DNA from: an uncultured Candidatus Saccharibacteria bacterium | Lineage (GTDB): Bacteria > Patescibacteriota > UBA1384 > JAGGWG01 > CAZAJM01 | Length of the DNA stretch: 59,079 bases | Assembly: GCA_964485625.1 (NCBI GenBank) | Contig: CAZAJM010000005.1 | Span: 1-59,079 of the forward strand | Direction of reading: 5' to 3' | Shown: positions 28,148-37,862 of the stretch, piece after piece | Layout: every line of letters starts with the position of its first letter | Numbering within the stretch: the first letter of the stretch is position 1 | Program-made: the position numbers and the translations under genes | The notes under the pieces: model-generated | What the model was told of the DNA's origin: nothing | The model's database searches: none | Seen by the model: only the letters and a program-made list of their open reading frames with translations

Positions 28148-29803
28148 CTAAAGCTTAACTAGTTCTTCCTTCCCACTCTCTCTATCCTTCTGTTCAACCT
28201 TATCTTTTTTAACTGTTTTAGGGCTGACTATCAATATTTTAGGGCAGCCGATTAGGTCTCCATCATTAAACTTGACACCCGGACTTTCATCTCGGTCATC
28301 ATAGATTACCGATTCTCCTGCCTTGGATAATTTCTGATAGAGCTTATCAGCATAATTTATTACTTTTTCCTCCTGACCAATAGTTATTAGATAGTACTTA
28401 GCTGGAGCAATCTCCTCGGGCCAAATAATCCCTTTCTCGTTATAATTACTCTCTACAGAAGCCGCCATTAGTCTTTCTAGGCCGATACCATAGCAACCCA
28501 TCTCAGGAACCTGTTCTTTGCCGTTCTTGTCTAGATATTTAAGATTGAAGCTCTTTGAATATTTCTTACCTAGTTTAAAGATATGACCAACCTCGATTCC
28601 TCTCTCTTCTTCTAAACTCATCTGGCATTTAGGACAGGTTAGACCGGCTTTAGCTTCGGCTATATCAACAATCTCTGCATTGCTACCTTTGTAGTCTCTG
28701 GGATAATTATAATTTTTTAGATGATAACCTTCTTTGTTTGCTCCAATCACTAAATTTTTAGTCTTCTCCACAGTTTTATCAATAAAAATTTTAGCTTTAA
28801 TATTGTTTGGATTAGCATAACCTGGCTGAGCACCGGCCTTCTTGATCTCATCTTCACTTGCATTTTCAAGCTCATTTACTCCCAAATAATTTAACAATTT
28901 TGTTTCACTTACTTCCAGGTCCCCTCGTACGACAACGGCTACGAGTTGGTTATTAGCTTTGTAAAAGACCATCTTGGCAGTCTGGCTAGGGGTAATTTTC
29001 AAAAGCTTGGATAGTTCCTCAATCGTCTTGGTCTTTGGCGTCTTAACCTCTTCAAGTTTTTTCTCTTTCGAGCCATCCTTCTCTACTCTAAACTCAGCCA
29101 CCTCCACATTAGCCTGGTAGTCACCACCTGGGCAGATAATCAATCGATCCTCACCCTTATCATTTAGAACCATAAACTCCTCTCCACCATAACCGCCCAT
29201 TGCCCCAACATCACTATCAACCATCAGGGTCTCCAGACCGCATCTCTTGAATATATTCTGATAGACCTCTCTTACCTTCTCATAACTTCTATCCAAGCCC
29301 TCTTTATCAGCATCAAATGAGTAGGCGTCCTGCATGATAAACTCTCTTAATCTAACCAAACCACCTCTTGGTCGAGGTTCATCTCGATATTTTGACTGAA
29401 TCTGATTAACAAGCAAAGGCAGATCCCGATAGGACTCCAAGTTAGCCGAAACCAAATCAGTGATCGCCTCTTCATGAGTAGTGGCTAGAACCAAATCTTT
29501 GCCTTTGCGGTTCTTAAACTGAACTAACTCCGGGCCAAAATCCTCTAACCTGCCAGATTCCTGCCAGAGACTGGCCGGCTGAACCATTCTACCCAATACT
29601 TCTTGAGCACCGGCCTTAGCAAACTCAGCTCTAATAACTTCCTCAATATTTTTTAGCACCTTAAAACCAAGAGGCAGAAAAGCGTAGCTGCCACTGGCCA
29701 CTTTATGGATAAACTTAGCTTGAAGAAGAAGCTTGGCTGAAACTAGTTCCTCTTCAGCCACCTCATCTTTGCTCGGTTTAGTTAATAGTTTTGATAACCT
29801 CAT
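28148..29803 (-). CDS. proS: prolyl-tRNA synthetase (with INS editing domain)
   Basis: LWQESGR, THEE, RGGLVRLREF, EVGHIFKLG, MGCYGIG. Confidence 0.96.
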   Translation of the reverse strand: MRLSKLLTKPSKDEVAEEELVSAKLLLQAKFIHKVASGSYAFLPLGFKVLKNIEEVIRAEFAKAGAQEVLGRMVQPASLWQESGRLEDFGPELVQFKNRKGKDLVLATTHEEAITDLVSANLESYRDLPLLVNQIQSKYRDEPRPRGGLVRLREFIMQDAYSFDADKEGLDRSYEKVREVYQNIFKRCGLETLMVDSDVGAMGGYGGEEFMVLNDKGEDRLIICPGGDYQANVEVAEFRVEKDGSKEKKLEEVKTPKTKTIEELSKLLKITPSQTAKMVFYKANNQLVAVVVRGDLEVSETKLLNYLGVNELENASEDEIKKAGAQPGYANPNNIKAKIFIDKTVEKTKNLVIGANKEGYHLKNYNYPRDYKGSNAEIVDIAEAKAGLTCPKCQMSLEEERGIEVGHIFKLGKKYSKSFNLKYLDKNGKEQVPEMGCYGIGLERLMAASVESNYNEKGIIWPEEIAPAKYYLITIGQEEKVINYADKLYQKLSKAGESVIYDDRDESPGVKFNDGDLIGCPKILIVSPKTVKKDKVEQKDRESGKEELVKL

Positions 29804-30879
29804 AGTATAAATTGTACAATATCTCGGTAAGTAATCAATATGATCAGAAGAATTAGTAGAGCAAAACCGATAAATTGCAAGACACCGACCACCTCTTCCT
29901 TGGCCTTCTTGCCCCTAATTTTCTCAAAAGCCAAAATTACTAGCTGACCACCATCCAGAGCTGGAATAGGGATTAAATTAATCACTGCTAGATTCATGGA
30001 GAGAAAACCAACAAGCTTTAATATCGGACCAATACCAAGCTTAACTATCTCACTGGTTAGCACAAATATTCCGACCGGACCGACCACTCCCTCTTGAACA
30101 GTCTGCTCTACAAGAAGCTTAGAAATTATTTGATAGAGGGTAACAAAGATTAAGCCGACTATCCGAACCGATTCTTCCAGAGCAATTAGAGGCACCTGAT
30201 AGAAAGCATAGTCCATCTGGCCATAACCCTGGCCAATCACCGCTCCGATCTTTCCCTCATCAGTTATATTAACCTCTTTCTCTACCAACTGGTTATCCTG
30301 ACTACTGTCCTTAAAAATAATCGTACTCAACTTACCCGGGTTCTCTTTGGTGTAGTTAATCAAATCTTCAACTTTACCAATCTGTTGGTTATCAACTCTG
30401 GTGATAAGATCTCCCTGCTCTAGACCAACCTGCTCAGCCGGACTGCCTGCTTGAGACTCAATCACAATCGTTTGATAAGCAATCTTCTCTTCAGGTAGAT
30501 AACGAGCCGGATCGGTTACGGTCGGGGGGTTGCCTAAAGAGAAATAGATAGCAAATATCAAAAAACCAAAAAGAAAATTCATTAATACCCCGGCAAAGAC
30601 TACCTTAGCTCTCTGCCAGACTGATCGGGAGGCAAAAGAATCCTCATCCTCTTCATGTCCGCCACCTTCACCATAGAGACTAACATAACCTCCAAGAGGA
30701 ATTAGGTTAAGAGAGTACTTGGTCTCACCATATTTCTTACTAAATACCCTAGGCGGGAAACCTATACCAAACTCTTCCACCTTTATTCCTTGGATTTTGG
30801 CAAATAAAAAATGCCCCAACTCATGAACAAAGACCAATACTCCCAAAGTGAGAGCGAAAACTATAATTGTTAAAACCAT
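29800..30879 (-). CDS. rseP: RIP metalloprotease RseP
   Basis: HELGH, PDZ domain, NLIPIPALDGG. Confidence 0.93.
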   Translation of the reverse strand: MVLTIIVFALTLGVLVFVHELGHFLFAKIQGIKVEEFGIGFPPRVFSKKYGETKYSLNLIPLGGYVSLYGEGGGHEEDEDSFASRSVWQRAKVVFAGVLMNFLFGFLIFAIYFSLGNPPTVTDPARYLPEEKIAYQTIVIESQAGSPAEQVGLEQGDLITRVDNQQIGKVEDLINYTKENPGKLSTIIFKDSSQDNQLVEKEVNITDEGKIGAVIGQGYGQMDYAFYQVPLIALEESVRIVGLIFVTLYQIISKLLVEQTVQEGVVGPVGIFVLTSEIVKLGIGPILKLVGFLSMNLAVINLIPIPALDGGQLVILAFEKIRGKKAKEEVVGVLQFIGFALLILLIILITYRDIVQFIL

Positions 30880-31443
30880 CTAGATATTCCTTAAGTTTGA
30901 AATTTTCTCCTCGGCCAGCTCATCGAGCTGCGTGTTATAATCCCCAACTAGACTATCAAGTTTATCTTTGCCTGTGTACCTATCATCTTCTGTCAGCTCA
31001 CCACTCTTCTCCATCTCCTGAATCTGACCCCAAACCTCTTCTCTTGCTTGCCTAATACTTAGTTTAGCTTGTTTTACTTTTTCCTTAACCAACTTAACTA
31101 GCTCCTCTCTTCTCTCACTAGACAGTGGAGGCAAATTAAGAATCAACCTCTGCCCATCATCGCTTGGATTTAGGTTTAGATCAGAGTTTTGAATAGCTAA
31201 AGAGATCTCCTCCTTGGCATTCTGGTCATAGGGAGTAATAAAGATCGTCTTTGGATCGGGTGTATTAATAGAGGCCATCTCCTTAAGAGAGACCTTAGAG
31301 CCATAATAGTCAACTTTTAAATCTTCGACCAAGCCGGAACTAGCCTGACCGGCTCTAACTTTTTTTAGTTCTTCACCAACAAACTCGAGAGCCTGGTCCA
31401 TTTTTGGTCTGGCACTGTCAATGAGATCGTTTAACTTAGCCAT
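30880..31443 (-). CDS. frr: ribosome recycling factor
   Basis: VRAGQAS, YYGS, LNLNP, PPLSSERR. Confidence 0.95.
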   Translation of the reverse strand: MAKLNDLIDSARPKMDQALEFVGEELKKVRAGQASSGLVEDLKVDYYGSKVSLKEMASINTPDPKTIFITPYDQNAKEEISLAIQNSDLNLNPSDDGQRLILNLPPLSSERREELVKLVKEKVKQAKLSIRQAREEVWGQIQEMEKSGELTEDDRYTGKDKLDSLVGDYNTQLDELAEEKISNLRNI

Positions 31444-31461
31444 AGTTAAAAATATTTAATT

Positions 31462-31914
31462 TTAAATTTCGTATCTTGTAAACTCAACTACTTCAATACG
31501 CTCACCAATCTTAGCGACTAACTCATCTAGAAGTTCCCTAACAGTCTTATCTTGGTCTTTGATATAGTTTTGCTCTAACAAACTATCTACATCCTCCGGG
31601 TTCATTGATGCAATCTGAAGAGTTAGATCGTGAGCAAACTCCCTGAAGTCATCATTTTTAGCAACAAAATCGGTCTCCGTGCCCATCTTCAAAAGCACAC
31701 CGACTCTACCGTCATGAGAGTAGGTGTCAATAAATCCGGCCTTGATCTCCCTCTCCTTCTTCTTGGCAGATTTGCTAGCCGCCTTCTTGCTTAAGACCTC
31801 TTTAGCCTTACTAAAATCTCCACCTGCTTCCTTTAAGGCCTCTTTAGCAGTCATCATGCCTACACCGGTCTCGTCTCGCAATTTGGCGACATCCTTAGCA
31901 TTAATTTTACTCAT
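31462..31914 (-). CDS. tsf: elongation factor Ts (short form)
   Basis: LRDETGVGMMTAKEAL, ETDFVAKN, KIGERI. Confidence 0.93.
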   Translation of the reverse strand: MSKINAKDVAKLRDETGVGMMTAKEALKEAGGDFSKAKEVLSKKAASKSAKKKEREIKAGFIDTYSHDGRVGVLLKMGTETDFVAKNDDFREFAHDLTLQIASMNPEDVDSLLEQNYIKDQDKTVRELLDELVAKIGERIEVVEFTRYEI

Positions 31915-32638
31915 CCTTCTTTCCTTTCTTTTCTTTTTTATCTTCTTTCTTCTTTTTTGATTTTTTGCCTAAACTGTAGGCCTTGCCAATAAGCTTTAGA
32001 ACCATCTCAACTGCCTTAATAGCATCATCGTTGCCTGGAATAGGATAATCAATCTCAGAAATATCAACATTGGTGTCAGTAAGGGCAATTACAGGAATAT
32101 CGAGCTTCTTAGCCTCCCTAATCGCTAGATCATCTATCCGCGCATCCATAACGATAACTAGATCCGGAACTTTACTCATCTCCCTAATGCCATCATAGAT
32201 CTGAGACTTCTCTTCAATTTCAAACCTCATCTCATTCTGCTCTCTTTTAGTATAATGGTCGAGGTTGCCCTGTTCAAGGTCCTCTTCCATCTTCTCAAGT
32301 CGATCGATGTTCTTCTTAATCGTATCAAAGTTAGTCAGCATGCCTCCCAGCCACTTGTAGCTAATGTAGAACATACCACTCTTTTCACCGACTTTCTTAA
32401 CGAGATCCCCAACTCTTACCTTGGTACCGACCAATAGAACCCTTTCATCTTTAGACCCAGCCTCCTTAATCCGCTCTAAGGCCTCCTTGATCTTTTCTCT
32501 GGTCTTAGTTAGATCAATAACATGGACTCCTTTTTTACTAGCAAAAATGTAAGGCTTCATGGTTGGATGCCACTTACCTTCACGGTGACCAAAATGTAGG
32601 CCAGCCTCGGCCAATTTTTCTTCACTTGGAATTTTCAT
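31907..32638 (-). CDS. rpsB: 30S ribosomal protein S2
   Basis: AGLHFGH, KWLGGMLTNF, PGNDDA. Confidence 0.97.
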   Translation of the reverse strand: MKIPSEEKLAEAGLHFGHREGKWHPTMKPYIFASKKGVHVIDLTKTREKIKEALERIKEAGSKDERVLLVGTKVRVGDLVKKVGEKSGMFYISYKWLGGMLTNFDTIKKNIDRLEKMEEDLEQGNLDHYTKREQNEMRFEIEEKSQIYDGIREMSKVPDLVIVMDARIDDLAIREAKKLDIPVIALTDTNVDISEIDYPIPGNDDAIKAVEMVLKLIGKAYSLGKKSKKKKEDKKEKKGKKDE

Positions 32639-32644
32639 TGTTTA

Positions 32645-32753
32645 CTCCGCCAACTGACGGACTCCTTGGTTACTACTACTCTCATCAACCCATCTCATAG
32701 CTCTTAAAATTAAGTTCCAATAACCTTAAGAGAGGAGTGATGGTCAAAGAGTA
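32645..32753 (-). promoter_or_regulatory. structured rpsB 5' leader (putative S2 autoregulatory RNA)
   Basis: long nested hairpin 32677-32753 and small hairpin 32646-32661; promoter TTGAAA (32798-32803), 17 bp, TAGATT (32775-32780). Confidence 0.55.
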
Positions 32754-32845
32754 TGATTTGTTATTAACAACATTAATCTAGCACATCTCTTGAATATTTT
32801 CAAGGTTTGTGTAATAATATCAATCAGTTAACTATAATAGAAAAC

Positions 32846-33103
32846 ATGAAAGAAAAAATACATCCAGATTACCAACAAGTAGAAGTCGAGTGCGATTGCG
32901 GCAACTCATTTAAAGTAGGCTCAACCAAGAAAGACAAGATCCATATTGAGGTCTGTGCTGCCTGCCATCCACTATATACCGGCAAAAAGAAATTAGTCGA
33001 CTCAACTGGTAGAGTTAAGCGCTTCCAAGAGATGGTAAAGAAAGGTAAGCAACTAAAATCAGGCAAAAGCAAGAAAAAGCAATCTAAGAAAAAAGAGAAA
33101 TAG
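32846..33103 (+). CDS. rpmE: 50S ribosomal protein L31 (zinc-binding type)
   Basis: MKEKIHP, CDCG, CAACHPLYTG, GRVKRF; ATG 32846 is 7 nt after TATAAT. Confidence 0.95.
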   Translation: MKEKIHPDYQQVEVECDCGNSFKVGSTKKDKIHIEVCAACHPLYTGKKKLVDSTGRVKRFQEMVKKGKQLKSGKSKKKQSKKKEK

Positions 33104-33160
33104 CTAACCTAAACCTATAAGTACCTAGTTTTTAAGGTACTTTTTTGATAAACTAAAATA

Positions 33161-34228
33161 ATGAAACAATTACAGCCAAAAATTAAAGAAATAAAAGGTC
33201 GAGCTGAAGAGGTAAACAATTTGCTCTCTAATCCAGACAAACTGACCTCCAACCAAATTAAAAAACTCTCTAAAGAACAAGCTGCCTTAAGTGAGACTAT
33301 GACTTTGGTTAGTCAATATGAAGAAGCTCTAAATCAAATCAATGATAACCAAGAGATTATCAAGACTGAGCCGGAGATGGCAGAGATGGCTAAAGGAGAG
33401 AACAAAGAGCTAGAGAAGAAAAAATCAAAACTAGAAGAAGAGCTTATCTCCCGCTTACTAACTAGCGACCCAGATGATAGCAAAGATGTAATTTTAGAGA
33501 TTAGAGCCGGTACGGGCGGACAAGAGGCTGAGCTTTTTGCCAGCGACTTGTTTAGGATGTACCAACGCTACTCAGCTAACAACGGTTTTAAGTTTAAGGT
33601 CCAGAGTAATAAAAGAAGTGAGTTGGGCGGACTAAAGGAAGTATCTGTTGAAATTAGCGGACAAGAAGTTTATAAAAACCTTAAATATGAGGGAGGAGCT
33701 CACCGAGTGCAGAGAGTTCCAGAAACAGAAAAATCCGGCCGAATCCACACTTCAGCCGCCACTGTTGCCGTTCTGCCACAAGCCGAAGAAGATGAAATTA
33801 AAATTAAACCAAACGATCTAGAGATCGAATCATTCCGCTCCTCGGGCCCTGGAGGACAATCGGTCAACACTACAGATTCAGCCGTAAGAGTAACTCATAA
33901 GCCAACCGGAGTTAGCGTTAGTTGCCAGGACGAGAAGTCTCAGCTGAAAAACAAAGAGAAAGCCTTAAAAATTTTAAAGACCAAGATTAAAGAACAACAA
34001 GCTAAAGAGAAACAAGAGAAAGAAGGAGAGGCCCGAAAGATGATGGTCGGTAGTGGAGATAGGAGCGAGAAAATACGAACCTATAACTTTCCTCAAAACA
34101 GAATCAGCGACCACAGAATTAACTTTACCACACATAAACTTGAGCAGGTCTTAGACGGCCAGCTAGGCATCCTGATTAAAAAACTTCAAGAAGAGGACCA
34201 GAAACGCAAACTAGCCCAAATTTCTTAA
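33161..34228 (+). CDS. prfA: peptide chain release factor 1
   Basis: EIRAGTGG, HRVQRVPETE (PxT), GPGGQ. Confidence 0.96.
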   Translation: MKQLQPKIKEIKGRAEEVNNLLSNPDKLTSNQIKKLSKEQAALSETMTLVSQYEEALNQINDNQEIIKTEPEMAEMAKGENKELEKKKSKLEEELISRLLTSDPDDSKDVILEIRAGTGGQEAELFASDLFRMYQRYSANNGFKFKVQSNKRSELGGLKEVSVEISGQEVYKNLKYEGGAHRVQRVPETEKSGRIHTSAATVAVLPQAEEDEIKIKPNDLEIESFRSSGPGGQSVNTTDSAVRVTHKPTGVSVSCQDEKSQLKNKEKALKILKTKIKEQQAKEKQEKEGEARKMMVGSGDRSEKIRTYNFPQNRISDHRINFTTHKLEQVLDGQLGILIKKLQEEDQKRKLAQIS

Positions 34229-34268
34229 TATCGGAAGTAATGTCGGAAGTCGGACTTCCGATTTATTA
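34226..34268. repeat. short palindromic element between prfA and prmC
   Basis: ATCGGAAGT (34230-34238) / ACTTCCGAT (34254-34262); left arm duplicated at 34243-34250; same ends as 34604-34674. Confidence 0.75.
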
Positions 34269-34274
34269 AGCTGA

Positions 34275-35180
34275 ATGAAAATAGCTGAAATTATAGCAAA
34301 AACAACCAAAAAACTATCAGTCCCTGCCTTTGTCGATCAACCCGATCTAGAGGCAGAGGTTTTGGCTATGTTTGTTTTAAATAAAGAGAAAGAATATATC
34401 TTCTCTAACCTAGATCATGAAATTACCAAAAATCAGGTCAAATTGCTGGACAAATTGGTAGATCGCCGGCTCAAAGGAGAGCCAATTGCCTATCTTCTTG
34501 GCCGGAAAGAGTTCTACGGATTAGATTTTCTGGTCAATAAAGATGTTCTAATTCCCCGCCCAGAAACTGAATTAATTGTAGACTTAGTTTTAACTCAAAT
34601 CGGTAAAATCGGAAGCCTGCTCGCCATCAGCAAAGCTTCAGTCTTTGGCAGGCGGGGTCCGACTTCCGATTTTAAGAATATCAAAATAATTGATGTTGGT
34701 ACGGGCTCCGGCTGTATTCCCATCGCTATTGCTAAAAATACTCTAAAAGATACTAATCTCTTAATATCTGCCTCTGATATCTCAGAGAAAGCATTAAATG
34801 TAGCTAAAATGAACGCTAGAAACCATCAAGCTAAAATCAATTTTATTAAATCAGATCTACTTAGAGATGTTAAAGACAGGTTTAATATAATAACTGCCAA
34901 CCTGCCATATATACGCTCAAGTGAAGCCAGCTCAATTGCCAAGCTGATTCATCATCCTAAGCTCTCTCTGGATGGCGGAAAGGATGGCCTAGAGCTAATC
35001 AAAAAGTTAATCCGGCAATCTAGAGATAAATTAGCAACTAAAGGAGTAATTTTATTAGAAATTGCACCTGAGCAGAAAAAAGAAATATATAGATTTACAA
35101 AAGAGATATTTAAAGATCCCAAAATTAATACTTATCAGGATTTAGCCGGCATAGACCGAGTAGTTGAAATTACTATTTAA
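34275..35180 (+). CDS. prmC: release factor glutamine methyltransferase with a ~23-aa palindrome-derived insertion
   Basis: GEPIAY, LIPRPETE, DVGTGSG, ANLPY motifs. Confidence 0.93.
   Translation: MKIAEIIAKTTKKLSVPAFVDQPDLEAEVLAMFVLNKEKEYIFSNLDHEITKNQVKLLDKLVDRRLKGEPIAYLLGRKEFYGLDFLVNKDVLIPRPETELIVDLVLTQIGKIGSLLAISKASVFGRRGPTSDFKNIKIIDVGTGSGCIPIAIAKNTLKDTNLLISASDISEKALNVAKMNARNHQAKINFIKSDLLRDVKDRFNIITANLPYIRSSEASSIAKLIHHPKLSLDGGKDGLELIKKLIRQSRDKLATKGVILLEIAPEQKKEIYRFTKEIFKDPKINTYQDLAGIDRVVEITI
34604..34674. mobile_element. MITE/RPE-like palindromic element inside prmC
   Basis: 12-bp perfect terminal inverted repeat TAAAATCGGAAG/CTTCCGATTTTA; GC-rich internal stem; 71 nt including both TA ends. 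Confidence 0.7.
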
Positions 35181-35183
35181 TTA

Positions 35184-36416
35184 CTAGAACTTATCGTGTC
35201 TGGCTAATTTAACATCTACTTGGCTCTCATCGCCTTCCCTAACATAAGTAATGGTGATGGTATCTCCTGGAGCATAATTTTGAAGTAAAATTGAAAGAGA
35301 GTTCTGGGGAGTTATTTTTTTATCATTTATTTTGGTAATAATATCTCTCTCTTTTAATCCGGCCTCATCAGCAGGAGAGTCAGAAACAACTGCCGGGTTT
35401 TGCAAACTGCCAGAATAGATTATCGCTCCTTCTTTTACAGAAAGATTATTCTTCTCAGCTAATTCAGGCGTAACTGCTAAATAGTGGACTCCCAAGAAAG
35501 GGCGAACAATCTTATCATATCTATTTAGAGACTCTATTGCAGACTGTAGTACAGAAGATGGAATAGCAAAACCAATATTATCTGCCAATTGAGCCTTAGC
35601 CACATTAACTCCAACCACCTGACCGTCTAAGTTAGCTAGTGGGCCACCTGAGTTGCCACTATTTATAGCGGCATCTACCTGGAGCAGACCTTCTAGATTG
35701 TCTGTCTCACCTGTCGCTCCCTGGGCACTGATATTTCTATTTTTTGCTGAGATAACACCATAGGTAACAGTGTTTTGAAACTCTCCCAGAGCATTACCAA
35801 CAGCGATTACATTTTGGCCAACTTTTAAATTACTGCTTGAGCCGATCTCTACCACAGGCAAGTTATCTGCCTTAATCTTTAGAATTGCTAAATCATTAAA
35901 AGGATCTCTAGAGAGAACTTTAGCGTTATACTTACTACCATCACTGAGATATACCTCATAGCTTAAGTTCTGATTACTAACAACATGTTTGTTAGTAACA
36001 ATATTGCCATCACTAGTGATAATAAAGCCGCTACCACCGGAAACCTCCGTGCTAACATCACCAAACAGATTCATCACTCTCTCCTTTGCCACAATTGAGA
36101 CCACTGAAGGCCTAACCTTCTCTACTGCATCGATCACCGCTGAAGACTCCTCAACTGTAATCTGTTTTTTCTCCGTAGTTGGTATAGATACCTCACCGGC
36201 TATGCCTAAGTTTTTAAGCAAATCTTGATCTTGATTGGCAAGTAGAACCAAGCCTCCCACCCCACCAACAGCTCCGGCAATTAACGAAAAAATTAGCAGA
36301 AAAACCACCAATCCACAGCCTACCTTCTTCTTTTTACTAAAAGGGTTTGTCTTTTTAGGGCTCTCTTTGCTGCCCCTAAACTTAATTCCTTCAATATTAT
36401 TATTCTCTTTGTCCAT
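35184..36416 (-). CDS. htrA: HtrA/DegP-like serine protease with PDZ domain
   Basis: TNKHVV, DLAILKI, GNSGGPL catalytic triad; TM anchor; PDZ. Confidence 0.92.
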   Translation of the reverse strand: MDKENNNIEGIKFRGSKESPKKTNPFSKKKKVGCGLVVFLLIFSLIAGAVGGVGGLVLLANQDQDLLKNLGIAGEVSIPTTEKKQITVEESSAVIDAVEKVRPSVVSIVAKERVMNLFGDVSTEVSGGSGFIITSDGNIVTNKHVVSNQNLSYEVYLSDGSKYNAKVLSRDPFNDLAILKIKADNLPVVEIGSSSNLKVGQNVIAVGNALGEFQNTVTYGVISAKNRNISAQGATGETDNLEGLLQVDAAINSGNSGGPLANLDGQVVGVNVAKAQLADNIGFAIPSSVLQSAIESLNRYDKIVRPFLGVHYLAVTPELAEKNNLSVKEGAIIYSGSLQNPAVVSDSPADEAGLKERDIITKINDKKITPQNSLSILLQNYAPGDTITITYVREGDESQVDVKLARHDKF

Positions 36417-36437
36417 ATCTACCTCCTTAATATATTA

Positions 36438-37835
36438 CTAGGATATTTTATTTTCTATTAATTCTTTTACCTGACTCGGATCGGCCTGCCCTTTAGTCTT
36501 AGCCATCACCTGGCCAATTAAATATTGAATAGAGGCCTTATTGCCCTGCCGATACTCCTCAACCGCCGAACTGCTCTCTTCTATTACTTCATCAATTACT
36601 TTTTCTAACTCATCTCCGGTCTGGGCAGAAAGTCCGGCTGACTCCATTAAGCTTTTAGGCTTTTTATTTGGCTCTTTACTCATTAACTCTAGTAATTGCT
36701 TAGCCATCGGACCGGGTAGTTTGCCCTTACTTCTTAATACAATAAACTGGCCGAAATATTTCGGGTCTATCTCTAAATTGACTTTCTCATTGGCTAGCCA
36801 GTTGATTAACTCTTTCTGGTCAACTTTTTCATTACTACTCACAACCTGACCATAGTATTGATAGAGCTTAGGTCGCTTAACGATTGACCAGAAATCTTCA
36901 TCGGTTAACCCAAGTTTCTCAAACTCTTCTCTAATCTCTAAAGGAGTTACCGGCAGACCCTCTCTTATTTTCTCTACTTCATCTTTATCAAACCTTAAAG
37001 GTGGAATATCCGGTTCGGGGAAATATCGATAGTCGGCCGCCTCTTCTTTCTCTCTTTGAGGGCTGGTCTCTTTCTTATCTGCCTGCCAACCTCTAGTCTC
37101 TTTGCGGGTCTTTTTGGAGAAATCTTCAAAATCCTGACTCAGTCTCTCCTGCTCATAATTTAGAGCCTGCTCAACTGCCTTAAATGAATTCATATTCTTA
37201 ACTTCAACAATGTTGGTGCTTTTCTTGCCCTTTTGAACAGAGATATTAGCATCAACCCTAAGATGACCTTTCTCCATACTAGCATCAGAAACTCCAAGGT
37301 AGATAACTAAATATTTAAGTAACCTTAAAAACTCCTTGGCTTGGGCTGGAGAGCTGATATCAGGCTCCGTTACTACCTCCATTAGTGGTGTGCCGGCTCG
37401 ATTTAAGTCAACCAAACTGCTCTCACCATCTTTTGGATGAACTAGCTTACCGGCATCTTCTTCCAGATGAACCCGATTAATACCGATCACCCCCTGACTG
37501 GTCTTAAGTTGACCATTCTTAGCAATAGGCTGATCGTACTGAGATATTTGAAAACCTTTAGGTAGATCGGGGTAGAAGTAGTGTTTGCGATCGAACTTAG
37601 ATTGAGCATTAATCTTACAACCTAAAGCTAGGCCAGTCTTAGCCGTCCAGTTAACTGCCTTGCTATTGGTAACGGGCAGAGTGCCGGGCATACCCAAACA
37701 GATCGGGCAGACATTGGTATTGGGCTTGGCATCTGCAGAGAAATTAGAGCAGCGACAGAACATCTTTGTTTCAGTCTTAAGCTGCACGTGTATCTCTAAG
37801 CCAATAGTAGTCTTAAACTCATTTAAACTATTCAT
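36438..37835 (-). CDS. gatB: Asp/Glu-tRNA amidotransferase subunit B
   Basis: IGLEIHVQL, YFYPDLPKGFQISQ, HLEEDAGK, YRYFPEPD. Confidence 0.97.
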   Translation of the reverse strand: MNSLNEFKTTIGLEIHVQLKTETKMFCRCSNFSADAKPNTNVCPICLGMPGTLPVTNSKAVNWTAKTGLALGCKINAQSKFDRKHYFYPDLPKGFQISQYDQPIAKNGQLKTSQGVIGINRVHLEEDAGKLVHPKDGESSLVDLNRAGTPLMEVVTEPDISSPAQAKEFLRLLKYLVIYLGVSDASMEKGHLRVDANISVQKGKKSTNIVEVKNMNSFKAVEQALNYEQERLSQDFEDFSKKTRKETRGWQADKKETSPQREKEEAADYRYFPEPDIPPLRFDKDEVEKIREGLPVTPLEIREEFEKLGLTDEDFWSIVKRPKLYQYYGQVVSSNEKVDQKELINWLANEKVNLEIDPKYFGQFIVLRSKGKLPGPMAKQLLELMSKEPNKKPKSLMESAGLSAQTGDELEKVIDEVIEESSSAVEEYRQGNKASIQYLIGQVMAKTKGQADPSQVKELIENKIS

Positions 37836-37862
37836 TACAAAAACTCCTTAATAAGTATCTTG

